Shown here: piece after piece, positions 1-10,175 of the stretch
Layout of the letters: the number at the start of each line of letters is the position of its first letter
Numbering within the stretch: the first letter of the stretch is position 1
Assembly (NCBI GenBank): GCA_019057815.1
Contig: JAHLWR010000010.1
Coordinates: 1-64,000, forward strand
DNA: 64,000 nt
Source of the DNA: Candidatus Heimdallarchaeota archaeon
Lineage (GTDB): Archaea > Asgardarchaeota > Heimdallarchaeia > Heimdallarchaeales > Heimdallarchaeaceae
Direction of reading: 5' to 3'
Program-made: the position numbers and the translations under genes
The notes under the pieces: model-generated
The model's input: the letters and a program-made list of their open reading frames with translations, nothing else
Told to the model about the DNA's origin: nothing
Database searches by the model: none

Positions 1-305
1 GTCCCCTTGACTCTCCAATTACCCTCAAGTGTAACCCATGTCTGTTGAGTTAACATTGATATGCTACCAATAGAAAAAGTTTTGATAATTATTGAAAATA
101 CAATTGTGAAAATTCTTTCAAAGATAAAAAAACGAAAAACAAGGAAAAAGAAGTAAAATCTAAAATCAATGAGACACATATAGACAATTATGATTGAAAC
201 CGAATCAATCTTTATTCATAGAAATATGGGACTATCCCTTCAAATATCACTCACCATCAATGAAATCTAAAGGTACTTTTCCTAGATTATTCTAGAATAT
301 AGAAA

Positions 306-1628
306 TCATGTATTTAAATGAAATAACAAGGAATCCTGTGTTTCTTCTGTTATTGGTTTAGCAAACAGAGATCTATTTTCGAATTGACTCGGAATGTTCA
401 AGTTTCTGAAAATCTTATGAATGATCTCTAGAACAATATTTATACACTTATGAATGCTATCGTAGGTTTTATCTCTTGGTTCTGATTGATACTGTTTTCC
501 ATGAGCATATTTATTTCGAATTTCATAAGAGCTTAGTAATTTAGTAAAAGCTTCAGAACCACTCAGTATGTTAAGTTCCTTCTTAATATATAATACAGCT
601 CTAAGTGATGTTTCAAATTTTTTTGTATATCCAGTCTGCATAAGTAATTCTGTAATTGAAATAATATTAAAATAAAGCTCACCTATTGACCTTGATTGTG
701 GTATAATGGGAATTCTTTGAATTAAGGATGTCAAAAACTCTAAATCACGGTATAAAAGAAGTAATTCTCTTTGTCTCTTTGTATCATCAATATAGCTTTT
801 TGTTTCAACAATATAGCGTAATTTCTCGAAAACATTACCTATATTGTCTGTATAAACTAAGTTATCTTTCTCAAAAATTCCTTTCAACATATTTGTTCCT
901 GAAATTTCTTCAACCCACCCATAATCACATATAAATAAAGAAACCTTCCATATTGCTGTTATGACCCTATCCCATTGACTATTTATCCTATCTATTTTAT
1001 TTCCAAAAAAACTGTTGGGTTTAAGTTGTGGGTAGCTATAAATAATGAGATTGTCACCATCTTTCTCTGTTCTTTGGATACTAAACATTTCATCTGTGAA
1101 TATAGAATAGGGAAGATTCATTATTCGAATATCATCCTCAATCTCTAAGGACACTTTTTTAGGAGAATCAGAATAAATTGAGAGTTTGAAATTTCTAATG
1201 TCCTTTGATAAATCTATTATTAGAAGGAGATTTTCCAAATCCAATTGAATCATAAGTTCTTGCTCTCTAAGGTAACTCTCGACTGACAAGAAAAGCATTT
1301 TAATTAGTTCTTTCTCTTTATCAAAATCTGTTGAAATTTCTTGTTTAAATAAGAATATATCCTCATTTAAGACGCCAGAATCAATAAAATGACTATAGTA
1401 AGTTCTCAATGAGATAATATGATTCTGTTGTCTTTGATTTTTCTGTTGTCTTTGATTTAAGGCTCTATTAAACTCTATTACTGTGATATTTTCAATTATT
1501 TCAAGTACAGCTTTAACATATATTTTTGTTTTTTTTATTGTAAGAGAGAGAGATTGAGGCCATCTTAGATAAACTAAATCTATAGGTGCATCAAGAATGT
1601 TTTCAAGCCAATTAGTTGTAGATGACAC
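306..1628 (-). CDS. HEPN-domain protein (ApeA-like), putative RNase effector
   Basis: C-terminal RxxxxH motif (YEIRNKYAHG); GTG start overlaps the TAG stop of the upstream ParB-like gene by 1 nt. Confidence 0.65.
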   Translation of the reverse strand: MSSTTNWLENILDAPIDLVYLRWPQSLSLTIKKTKIYVKAVLEIIENITVIEFNRALNQRQQKNQRQQNHIISLRTYYSHFIDSGVLNEDIFLFKQEISTDFDKEKELIKMLFLSVESYLREQELMIQLDLENLLLIIDLSKDIRNFKLSIYSDSPKKVSLEIEDDIRIMNLPYSIFTDEMFSIQRTEKDGDNLIIYSYPQLKPNSFFGNKIDRINSQWDRVITAIWKVSLFICDYGWVEEISGTNMLKGIFEKDNLVYTDNIGNVFEKLRYIVETKSYIDDTKRQRELLLLYRDLEFLTSLIQRIPIIPQSRSIGELYFNIISITELLMQTGYTKKFETSLRAVLYIKKELNILSGSEAFTKLLSSYEIRNKYAHGKQYQSEPRDKTYDSIHKCINIVLEIIHKIFRNLNIPSQFENRSLFAKPITEETQDSLLFHLNT

Positions 1629-2749
1629 TAGTTTCCCCTTAATTTATCAACAATATTAAGAGCATTTTCAACCGCGGTTTTTAAGTTTTTTAGAACTCCT
1701 AAATTTTCATCTGTTATGATTTGAAGCTCAGAAGCAGGAATAGTGATAACTGTATTTGTAGCTTTCCTTAAGTATGCTGTCCAAACTGATGGTTTAATAA
1801 TTTCTTCTTGAGTTCTAATTTGCACCATCACAGTATAAGGACTAGTATTTTCATTAATTCGCTCAATCAGTTCACCGCTATCTGCTCTTGCAACAATTTC
1901 AGCTAATGCTCTAATATCATATCTACCAGATTTAACTATACCATCAGAAATCCAATTTGCTAGTAGTTCCACATTTTCTAAATTTTTAATACTTGGAAAT
2001 AGAAGATCAGACTGATTCTCTTCATATTCTAACCATTCTCTAAGATTCGGTCTCACTATTGCTTCTGTAAAAATATCAAAAGATAATTTTTGGAAAGTAA
2101 TTATTTCTACATCAAGATTCTCTAGCATCCAGTTTTGTAGTGCTATAGCCCTCAGTAATCGTTTAGTTTCTCGAACAGAAATCCCATAGCTTTCAGCCAC
2201 TTGAGATTCATCGTTTTCAAGCTCTATATACATTTCTGCAACCATAATTGCTTTTTGTAACAATTTCCAATCTTCAATAGCTACAATGTGTCTGACACCT
2301 AGAATATTAATCATATAAGAGTACTGCCCAGATTCTAAAACAATACAAGGAAGTTTTTGTAAAGTTTTTAGGAATTCCTCATTTAAACCCCCTAATTTTT
2401 CAGGATCAGACAAAATTTCCTTTACAGCGAGTAGTCTTCTGTTCCCTTCAATAACTAGATAGAAGAAACTACCATTTTCTTTTGTACATTCTGTTTTTAC
2501 AACTATTAACGGTTCAATCTGTATGAAACCAACACTAAGTATTGAGTTTATCAAAACATCTATCTTAGCTTCTTTGTCTAGTTGTTTACTAATTGCACTT
2601 TGTTTTCGAAGTAAACTGTCACATGAAGGTAGTTGTCGATATTTGCCTTCTTTCTCTATAATAGAAACTAATCTTGGATTTCTAGGATCTAGAAGAAGTA
2701 ATTCTGGTGCTACTAATTCGATTTTCATATTTTCATTAGTAGTTGTCAT
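1628..2749 (-). CDS. ParB/Srx-like N-terminal domain protein
   Basis: LLLDPRNPRL and YLVIEGNRRLLAVK motifs typical of ParB-like nuclease/NTPase folds in defence loci. Confidence 0.75.
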   Translation of the reverse strand: MTTTNENMKIELVAPELLLLDPRNPRLVSIIEKEGKYRQLPSCDSLLRKQSAISKQLDKEAKIDVLINSILSVGFIQIEPLIVVKTECTKENGSFFYLVIEGNRRLLAVKEILSDPEKLGGLNEEFLKTLQKLPCIVLESGQYSYMINILGVRHIVAIEDWKLLQKAIMVAEMYIELENDESQVAESYGISVRETKRLLRAIALQNWMLENLDVEIITFQKLSFDIFTEAIVRPNLREWLEYEENQSDLLFPSIKNLENVELLANWISDGIVKSGRYDIRALAEIVARADSGELIERINENTSPYTVMVQIRTQEEIIKPSVWTAYLRKATNTVITIPASELQIITDENLGVLKNLKTAVENALNIVDKLRGN

Positions 2750-2912
2750 AATAATCTCTTTCTACTAACTCTATATATCTATTATGTATCAAGTTATAAA
2801 AAAACTATATTTTATTGTGTTTAAAAGCTGACCTTTATAATTAATACTGTAAATAGAATCATTAGGTCCAAATTGGAAAAAGATTTCTTTAACACTTAGA
2901 TTTACTAGTTTA

Positions 2913-3675
2913 TCAAACTAAAAGCCATTTATCCTCTTCTGGATTGTACTCACGCATTTTCCCTGAATGTAGAACGTTTTTTGTCGATAATATTCCTAGA
3001 TGTATCAGATGTTTCTTGAAAGTAAAAATTGTAGAATGTGTAATGTACTCTCTCAACACTCTTTCTTCTTCATATATCCTCTTTTCTTCTCCCTTCTGAT
3101 ACATTCTCAACACTTCTTCTTTCTTGTTCTCCGGGCAGAAGAGATTTATGAACAGATTTGGTTTGTTTCTTACTATTTCTTCTACTAACTCTCTAAAACT
3201 CATTCCTTTCCTTTTCTGTTTTTCAAACACTTTCATCAATTCCATAAACAGCTCATTCTTATTGTAGAGCATTTTCAACGTTATAGCTATTTCCGGATAT
3301 TCTGTTGCTAAAGATACTCTTTTCTTTCTACTAGTCTCTTTCTTCATCTCTTCCAATTTCTCTAGTTTATCTAATCCTTCTAGTTGCATTATTCTCTTTA
3401 GAACGAACCCTTCATCCGTTATTCTTAGTTCTCCTGCTTGTTCTTTTATCAATCCTATTATCTTTGCTCCTCTGATAAGCTCCCCTATTGCTTGGATGTT
3501 GTAATTTTCCAATTCTTCCTCTACTTCCTTTCTTACTCTCCGATCAGAACTAACAAATATCAATGGTGCTAGACAATTTACTATATAATTTCTTGTCAAG
3601 TCTGTTAACCTCTTCTGTGATGACACCATATCTTTCTCAAGATTAACAACTCTATCTTAGTATCTTCTAGATAAT
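2913..3675 (-). pseudogene. 5'-truncated copy 1 of the repeated PD-(D/E)xK nuclease gene
   Basis: Near-identical to the C-terminal 238 aa of 19572..20735; similarity continues out of frame to about 3675 and stops at the IS left end; nuclease domain missing. Confidence 0.85.
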
Positions 3676-3680
3676 CTAGA

Positions 3681-4771
3681 GAAGCATGTCCCAAAACTAG
3701 TCTGAGTAGACTAGAGCTTCTCTGAGGGAGAAAGAGAGTTTTAACGGAGAAAAGGGGAAAAAACGCAAAGACCGAAGAGTCTAAGAAGTGAGGGTCAAAT
3801 CTTGAAATATGCTAATACTACAAAAACTTGACCCTCACGTAGTTAAACAGTTCATTGAACTAAATAAAGATTTGGTTAGAAGGAAATTTTCAGAGAAAAG
3901 AACAGAAAACCGAAGGAAAGGAGGAGCGCCAAGGTTAGGTGAAAGATGGATAATAGTCTTACTTTGTGTGATTGGAAGGATGGAAGGAGTACCATGGAGA
4001 ACACTACCTCTAAAACTGTCCTTGTGTGACTTTCTGACAAGAGAAGGGTACCTTAGGGCTATACCTTCGAAAACTACTTTTCACAGAATATGGCAGAATG
4101 TAAGAGTACAATCATTAGAGAGTTGGATTAGAGCTATAGGCTACAATACAGCTGTAGAATGGGAAGACTCGGAGTGTGCAGTAGATAGTTTAGGGTTTAA
4201 AATCACTACAGGTAACCTCTGGCGTTACCTTAAGTGGGCAAAAGGACAACTTAAGAAGACTTCCAAACTTTTCTACAAAGTGCATATTATTATCTCGCTT
4301 CCTTCTCGAGCAGTAGTCTCACTCACCACTTCTCCTTCTACTACTCATGACAGCAAAGTCTGTGGCAAACTCTTTCAAACTTTACCAAAGCGGTTGATAA
4401 AGCGCTTTAAATGTATGCACCTCGATGGAGCATACTGGGACGAAAATATCATGGGATGGATCAAGCAAGAAGGTATGTATCCTGATGTCCCACCCAACAA
4501 GAATTCTGTCGACCACGGGACTGATAGTCCTCAAGACCTGAGAGTTAGAGCAGAAGAAAATTATCCTGGGTTGTATCGTGAAAACCACCATCCTGAACGA
4601 CGTGCAAGCGTTGAACATGTTTTTGGTTTAATCAAGCTCCATCCCCCCACTATTTATGACCGCAAGCTGACTAATAAGCTCAAGACTTTACTCTGCCCTT
4701 TCCTCTGGTACACCTTTCTTTTGTACGCTCATACCCTCTGGAGGTGAATAAGAGGTTTTGGGACATGCTTC
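3681..4771 (+). mobile_element. IS5-family insertion sequence (1091 bp)
   Basis: Perfect 17-bp terminal inverted repeats GAAGCATGTCCCAAAAC (3681-3697 and 4755-4771), TAGA duplicated on both sides (3677-3680, 4772-4775), single DDE transposase, higher GC than the flanks. Confidence 0.9.
3809..4747 (+). CDS. DDE transposase (IS5/IS4-like)
   Basis: AVDSLG, YKVHI, HDS, LDGAY and RxxVEHVFGLIK motifs. Confidence 0.9.
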   Translation: MLILQKLDPHVVKQFIELNKDLVRRKFSEKRTENRRKGGAPRLGERWIIVLLCVIGRMEGVPWRTLPLKLSLCDFLTREGYLRAIPSKTTFHRIWQNVRVQSLESWIRAIGYNTAVEWEDSECAVDSLGFKITTGNLWRYLKWAKGQLKKTSKLFYKVHIIISLPSRAVVSLTTSPSTTHDSKVCGKLFQTLPKRLIKRFKCMHLDGAYWDENIMGWIKQEGMYPDVPPNKNSVDHGTDSPQDLRVRAEENYPGLYRENHHPERRASVEHVFGLIKLHPPTIYDRKLTNKLKTLLCPFLWYTFLLYAHTLWR

Positions 4772-4893
4772 TAGAGTATTATTAAAAAATTTTAAACCAA
4801 ACATATAAAAAGCTAAATGACCTACAACCTAGTTGATATAATTTAATTTACAGCAATGAATAACAACGATGCTATACAATACGAGGTGATTAT

Positions 4894-7800
4894 CTGAGCT
4901 ATATTCCAGATTCTGAGATTAACTTGTTTGAGGAAGAGGATGTTCTTGGAACAACTTCCTATGTAAATACGCTGTACGAGATTATTAATACCTGTGGAAC
5001 TCCATTTACAATAGGTCTGTTTGGGGGTTGGGGGACGGGAAAATCTTCGATAGTAAAAACAGTAAATAATAAGTTAAAAGAAGAGAAGAAAGAAAAGATA
5101 GAAGTTATAACTTATGATGCTTGGAAGTATTCCAAGGATTCTTTTAGAAGAACCTTTCTTTTAGAGATACTAAAGGAAACTGAGTTAGAAGAAACAAAAA
5201 AGCTTGAAAATGCTTTTTACAAGGAAGAATCTGAAGAAATAGGACATAAACCTAAAGTTAGAAAAGATATTTGGCTTAAAATCATTTATCTTATATTCCT
5301 TACAACTCTTATTGCAAGTATATGGATTTTTGTAGATGAAGAATTGGATTTGAAGCTTATACTAATGGGTTTAGGTATTATTAGTGCTGCTTTAATTTTC
5401 TTCATACAAGAATTCACAGTGATTTACAAAACAACAAGGTATCACCCTAGAATTTTTAACCCTGAACAATTTGAATCTATTTTCTGTGAAATGATAGAAG
5501 AATTGACATCGAAAGAGCGAACAAAGAAAGAATGGATTAAAAAAGGCTTTATTAGAAAAAAATTCGAAAAAGTTGTCATAATTATTGATAATTTGGATAG
5601 ATGCAGAAGAGAGACCGCAATTGAATTAATGCTTACCATTAAGAATTTTCTTGAAATAAAAGAATGTATTTATGTAATTCCAGTTGATAATCTCGCTATT
5701 AAACAATTTCTTGATGAGAATTTAAAAAACAGTAATAAACACGGTATAGAATATAAAAATAGTGATGAGTTTCTTAGAAAATTCTTTAATATAGTAATTA
5801 GAATAAAATCCTTCACATCACTAGATCTCTTTGACTTTGCAACCAAATTAAATCAAAAATACAATCTAAATTTTAATAGTATGGTGCTGGAAATAGGTTC
5901 ATATGAATATGCGAAAAACCCAAGAAGGATTATACAATTTTTAAACAATCTTAAAGTTGAATATCAATGGTTTAAAAATGCTGAAAATCTAGGATATTTA
6001 CCTAAAAATTTTGCAACAGAAAATGTTGAATTCATAGCAAAAATGATGATAATTAGAGAGGAATGGCCACACATTTACAGAGAAATAGAAGAAGATGAGA
6101 ATAACCTTTCATTGATAGAGAAAACAGTACAAGATTTGGATTTAGAAGGCTCAGTAAACGCTTCAAAATTAAAAGAAAAAGCGATTTTACGAAGTATGGA
6201 AGAATATTACTTCTTTCTGAAAACAAAACCAATTAAAACACAAAATATAGAAATATTCATTAATATTAGAGATAAATTCTCAGAATTACCATATGAGATT
6301 GAAAATTATATACTTAACCAAGACTTCGAAAGCATAAAAAATGAAATTTCTAAAGGATTAGATGTTGAAAAGTTTATTGATTTTATTAAACAAATATTCG
6401 AGAAACAAGTAGTAAGAAGAAAGCGAATTGACATAGCTGGTTATAATATACTTTCAATTATCATAAAATTATATTTAGACACAGACATTCTTGAAAAACC
6501 TTTTGAGAGCTGTAAAAGACTTCTACAGTTTTTTGAACCAAAGTATCTTACTCCTGTAATCCTAGATCTAAATGTTAATCTATTAATGAAATTCTCAAGA
6601 AACCTATACGATAATCGTTATGAAGAAGTCAGTCGTGTTTTGCTTGAATATATAACAGCTCTAACAGAGAATGATTTACTAGAAGATAAGCAAAATCAAA
6701 TTATCACTTTATTTATTGTTAATTTTCAAGATGTTCACGAATATCTGAAAGTAATTACACCACAGTTTAGTATTTTAATTTTGAGTAACACAAACATACT
6801 AGAAGAAATAAGTAATATTCTTGAAAATAAAGAAAATACTATTTTCTTATTAGAAGAAGATAGTATAAATCATATAGTTAATAATATATCTCAAGATCCT
6901 GCTTCAAATTATACAAAATTTAGAATTAAAATACTCACTGCTATAATAGGAGAAGATAAGTGGCAAGATGAAGTAGGTAAATTAATTTCCAAAATAACTA
7001 CCTTTGCAAATACTACAAGTTTACCACATTCAATATACTGGTTGGATGTTTTAAGTGATTTCATAAGAATAGAATATCTAGATAAATTTCCACAAATTTA
7101 TCAAATGTTAGTAAATAGAAATAGTCATTTAATAAAAATTCTCAACATCGAAGTTCTTTCTGAGCAGCAAAAAGAAGGTTTACAATGTTTCCTAACAATA
7201 TGCCAAAAACTTGCTATTCTTGATGATGGGCGAGTATCACAGATATTTGGACTAATTGATAGATACTTTGTGGAAGATATCGAAGAATTATTCGAAAGTA
7301 TTAATTCTTTTTATCAAGAAATATTCACAAACAATAAAATCGAATATTGGGATTTTTCTTCCACTCTATTTCAAAAATTCAAATCAAGCAATCACGAAGA
7401 TAAGAAACCAGCTATGGGAGAAACTGTATCTTTAATGCTTGAAAATAACAAATCAATAGAGCATCTAAATCAAGAATTCATTGATGAGATTTTCATTTAT
7501 CTCTTCTCAATACTTTTTGATGGAGAAGATAATCTCTTTGTGAATCTTGCTGAAAAAATGGTACAAAAATTACTTAATTTTGAGCATCTAATAGATACAT
7601 TCTTTTCAAGGATTAATCAACTTCATTCACGTGATATGGATACAGTAATACGATTTATCTCAAAGATCAAAAAGGTTGAAATCAAGAAAGCTCATTATAA
7701 GAACATTATTCAAAATACAGAGGAAGTTTCTAAACTAACTCGAATCACAAAACGGATAATTGAACTAACACCTGATGAGAATCAGATACTTAAAGATATA

Positions 7801-8109
7801 CTCTTTAACTTGCTTCCAGAGCTAGATACAGAGGATACTATCTATTATAAAAAAATGTTGGAGATTTATGTTAATAATATCGAGCTTTTCTCTAAAGAAG
7901 AAAAAGGTGAGATAGCTGATAAGATAAGTTTTTTCCTTAAATCTGGCAAGAGAGATCAGAACTTTGCATTGAAACAACTAGAAAAAATTGATAGTGTTCC
8001 AAAAGCTAGAAGAAAAATAATTTATTCAATGTTAGAGGATCTAAAGAATCATACTAAAAAAGAAGAAGAAGAACATTTAGAAAGAGTTAAAGAGATATAT
8101 AAAGGTTGA
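4894..8109 (+). CDS. KAP-family P-loop NTPase with two TM helices and a long helical C-terminus
   Basis: Walker A GGWGTGKS, YDAWKY, Walker B IIIDNLDRC, FLRKFF and NPRRI; hydrophobic hairpin after Walker A; GAGGTGA at 4883-4889 favours an in-frame CTG start at 4894 (track start 4924). Confidence 0.85.
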   Translation: MSYIPDSEINLFEEEDVLGTTSYVNTLYEIINTCGTPFTIGLFGGWGTGKSSIVKTVNNKLKEEKKEKIEVITYDAWKYSKDSFRRTFLLEILKETELEETKKLENAFYKEESEEIGHKPKVRKDIWLKIIYLIFLTTLIASIWIFVDEELDLKLILMGLGIISAALIFFIQEFTVIYKTTRYHPRIFNPEQFESIFCEMIEELTSKERTKKEWIKKGFIRKKFEKVVIIIDNLDRCRRETAIELMLTIKNFLEIKECIYVIPVDNLAIKQFLDENLKNSNKHGIEYKNSDEFLRKFFNIVIRIKSFTSLDLFDFATKLNQKYNLNFNSMVLEIGSYEYAKNPRRIIQFLNNLKVEYQWFKNAENLGYLPKNFATENVEFIAKMMIIREEWPHIYREIEEDENNLSLIEKTVQDLDLEGSVNASKLKEKAILRSMEEYYFFLKTKPIKTQNIEIFINIRDKFSELPYEIENYILNQDFESIKNEISKGLDVEKFIDFIKQIFEKQVVRRKRIDIAGYNILSIIIKLYLDTDILEKPFESCKRLLQFFEPKYLTPVILDLNVNLLMKFSRNLYDNRYEEVSRVLLEYITALTENDLLEDKQNQIITLFIVNFQDVHEYLKVITPQFSILILSNTNILEEISNILENKENTIFLLEEDSINHIVNNISQDPASNYTKFRIKILTAIIGEDKWQDEVGKLISKITTFANTTSLPHSIYWLDVLSDFIRIEYLDKFPQIYQMLVNRNSHLIKILNIEVLSEQQKEGLQCFLTICQKLAILDDGRVSQIFGLIDRYFVEDIEELFESINSFYQEIFTNNKIEYWDFSSTLFQKFKSSNHEDKKPAMGETVSLMLENNKSIEHLNQEFIDEIFIYLFSILFDGEDNLFVNLAEKMVQKLLNFEHLIDTFFSRINQLHSRDMDTVIRFISKIKKVEIKKAHYKNIIQNTEEVSKLTRITKRIIELTPDENQILKDILFNLLPELDTEDTIYYKKMLEIYVNNIELFSKEEKGEIADKISFFLKSGKRDQNFALKQLEKIDSVPKARRKIIYSMLEDLKNHTKKEEEEHLERVKEIYKG

Positions 8110-8142
8110 ATAATCATCAGTAAATTCTTTCTCTATTTGTAT

Positions 8143-8565
8143 TTATTCTGTTACAACTTTATCTATTTTCTTGATAAATATATCAGCCATCAAATCTGTA
8201 AAATATATTTTTGCATCTCTTACTGTTTTCGGATGGTTTGTACATAAAGCTACTTCGTGATTTCTGTTTAGTGAAGTATCTACTAGATTTGCTGAACCTA
8301 TTAGTAACTCTGTATCATCTATCAGCAATAGTTTTGCATGGACCTTCTCATCATGTTCTATCTGAAAACCTAATTTATGCAATGTAAGAACTGTAGCTTT
8401 GTGTTTTTGATCTTTTTCATAATCAGCTGTTCTTGTCACTATTCTAACACGAATATGTTTTTCATCCACAGCTATCTTCATAGCATCTAGAACTTCTTTT
8501 GATTCCCAGATCCAAGGTGAAGCAATTAAGATTTCTTTTTTTGCAAGTTCTATTAGTTTAATCAT
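8143..8565 (-). CDS. Single-domain PLD-family nuclease (possibly N-terminally interrupted)
   Basis: HAKLLLIDD..IGSANL HKD motif and ASPWI; the frame continues upstream past a TAA (8569-8571) to an ATG at 8634. Confidence 0.8.
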   Translation of the reverse strand: MIKLIELAKKEILIASPWIWESKEVLDAMKIAVDEKHIRVRIVTRTADYEKDQKHKATVLTLHKLGFQIEHDEKVHAKLLLIDDTELLIGSANLVDTSLNRNHEVALCTNHPKTVRDAKIYFTDLMADIFIKKIDKVVTE

Positions 8566-8618
8566 TTTTTACATGATTTCCCTATCTGCTAGGAACTCAA
8601 CTTTGAATCCATCTTCAA

Positions 8619-8729
8619 TTACCATAGTTTCCATATTTTCCATGCTAAAGCGAACTGAAAATCTTTTTCAGAATGGAAAAAGGGTCTGTCTTTTGATAGT
8701 TTTTCTAGAACTGAATCTAAGTCAATCAG
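8619..8729 (-). pseudogene. Truncated N-terminus of a putative endonuclease-like gene
   Basis: Hand translation LIDLDSVLEKLSKDRPFFHSEKDFQFALAWKI then stop, behind an AGGTGA RBS; recalls the RPxFHSExDFQxALAW start of PD-(D/E)xK-like hypothetical proteins. Confidence 0.45.
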
Positions 8730-9584
8730 TTATTTCACCTTTAATCCAAATTTTGGTTTCCAACCTTCTTCACGAAGTTTTCTTGAAGTTTTTTTAGGTT
8801 CTTTTAACCAATTTATCAAATCCTTTTTGATTTCTTCTGGTTTTTCCGCTAACAAAGCATTTGTTCTCATTAATGATTGTTCTAATCCCCACCTCTCTCT
8901 AAAGAAAATATTTGCTGGTTGATAATTATTTATTAGTAAATCAGAAGAAGATAGCTCCATTGCATAGTCAAACAAACCTGAAGATTTTGAATCACCAGAA
9001 AGAAAAATTCCTTTTTTTTCACGTAAAAACTTATCCCAGTCTTCAGGATTAAACATAGAAAAAAAGGGATGATCTTTGAATCTTCTTTTAAGATATGATA
9101 ATTCAGAAGAACTAGGTAAAGAATCAGAGTAAGTTATGATTGGATCTTCTTCCAAGATAAAAAAACCTAGAATAAATAGAGCATCAGCTTTGCTTTTATT
9201 GGGATTGAATACCTTTTCATTTATAAAAAATTTTAAGCTTGCATAGAAAACAATCAAATCTCCCACTGATAGTTTAGCAAGAGATAGGTATTTTCCAGTC
9301 AAATTCACCTCGAAAGTCAAATTAGAAAAATTAGGATTAATATAAGGGACAGCGCACTTAAGACGCCTAGGTAAATAATCTGATAAAAATCCACCTAGTC
9401 TACAACTAATCTCACTATATGTTCTACAATGATAGAAAGTTTCAACTGTATCTTCTTTACCAAAAATCACAGGAAAATAATCAAATTGCAATTCTTCATT
9501 GAAAACACCATGAGCTTTCCCTCCTTTCAATCCGCTGTCTAATCCTCTTCTAATAAATACTGCTTTTCTAGTCATACTAATCAC
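8730..9584 (-). CDS. Nucleotide-modification-associated domain 3 (Nmad3)-like protein
   Basis: RRGLDSG..GG, FDYFPV, TYSEI, NPNF..LTF and LxxGDLIVFYASL match the Nmad3 pattern as I recall it. Confidence 0.6.
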   Translation of the reverse strand: MISMTRKAVFIRRGLDSGLKGGKAHGVFNEELQFDYFPVIFGKEDTVETFYHCRTYSEISCRLGGFLSDYLPRRLKCAVPYINPNFSNLTFEVNLTGKYLSLAKLSVGDLIVFYASLKFFINEKVFNPNKSKADALFILGFFILEEDPIITYSDSLPSSSELSYLKRRFKDHPFFSMFNPEDWDKFLREKKGIFLSGDSKSSGLFDYAMELSSSDLLINNYQPANIFFRERWGLEQSLMRTNALLAEKPEEIKKDLINWLKEPKKTSRKLREEGWKPKFGLKVK

Positions 9585-9638
9585 TTATAATATTCAACAC
9601 CTATTTTTGAAATAAAACTACGGAATTATTTTTCTATA

Positions 9639-10073
9639 TTAAATATCTAATTTCTTTGCATATTTTTCAGCTGTTTTATTGTCTATTTTCCACATCAGTT
9701 TTGGTACAATCTTATCTGTATTTTCTGTTACCATCCTTTCAAAATCGTTTTTTGTTATTTTGTATAATATAGGCTTTTTTGAATCAATATCTACCACTAT
9801 CCATAATTCATCGGCTTTCAAAGAAGTAACTGTGCCTAAACTATCTTTAATAACCTGGCTATCAGAAAGATCGACAAGTGCAAATTTCTTTTTTGCGGTT
9901 GTTTTAACTTCAATTGTTATTTTTTCATTTGTAATTTGATGTGTTGCTTCTAAGTCCCAATGATAATTTTCTTTATTTGAAACTTTTTCCACACGATATT
10001 GTAGACTTTCAAAATACTTCCCTACAAGTTTTTCCCCCTTTCTACTTTTCAAAATATTTGAATCTTTACTCAT
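9639..10073 (-). CDS. DUF3883/NOV-C-like PD-(D/E)xK nuclease
   Basis: GEKLV..Y....Y.VEKVS, WDL and IEVKTT catalytic motifs. Confidence 0.7.
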   Translation of the reverse strand: MSKDSNILKSRKGEKLVGKYFESLQYRVEKVSNKENYHWDLEATHQITNEKITIEVKTTAKKKFALVDLSDSQVIKDSLGTVTSLKADELWIVVDIDSKKPILYKITKNDFERMVTENTDKIVPKLMWKIDNKTAEKYAKKLDI

Positions 10074-10175
10074 AAAATTCCCTTCTAGAACTTATGTATA
10101 GTTTGAATTATCTAAACAATTGTATATATTTATTGAAAACATAATATAAATGTTCTCTAGCAGATATATAATTCG

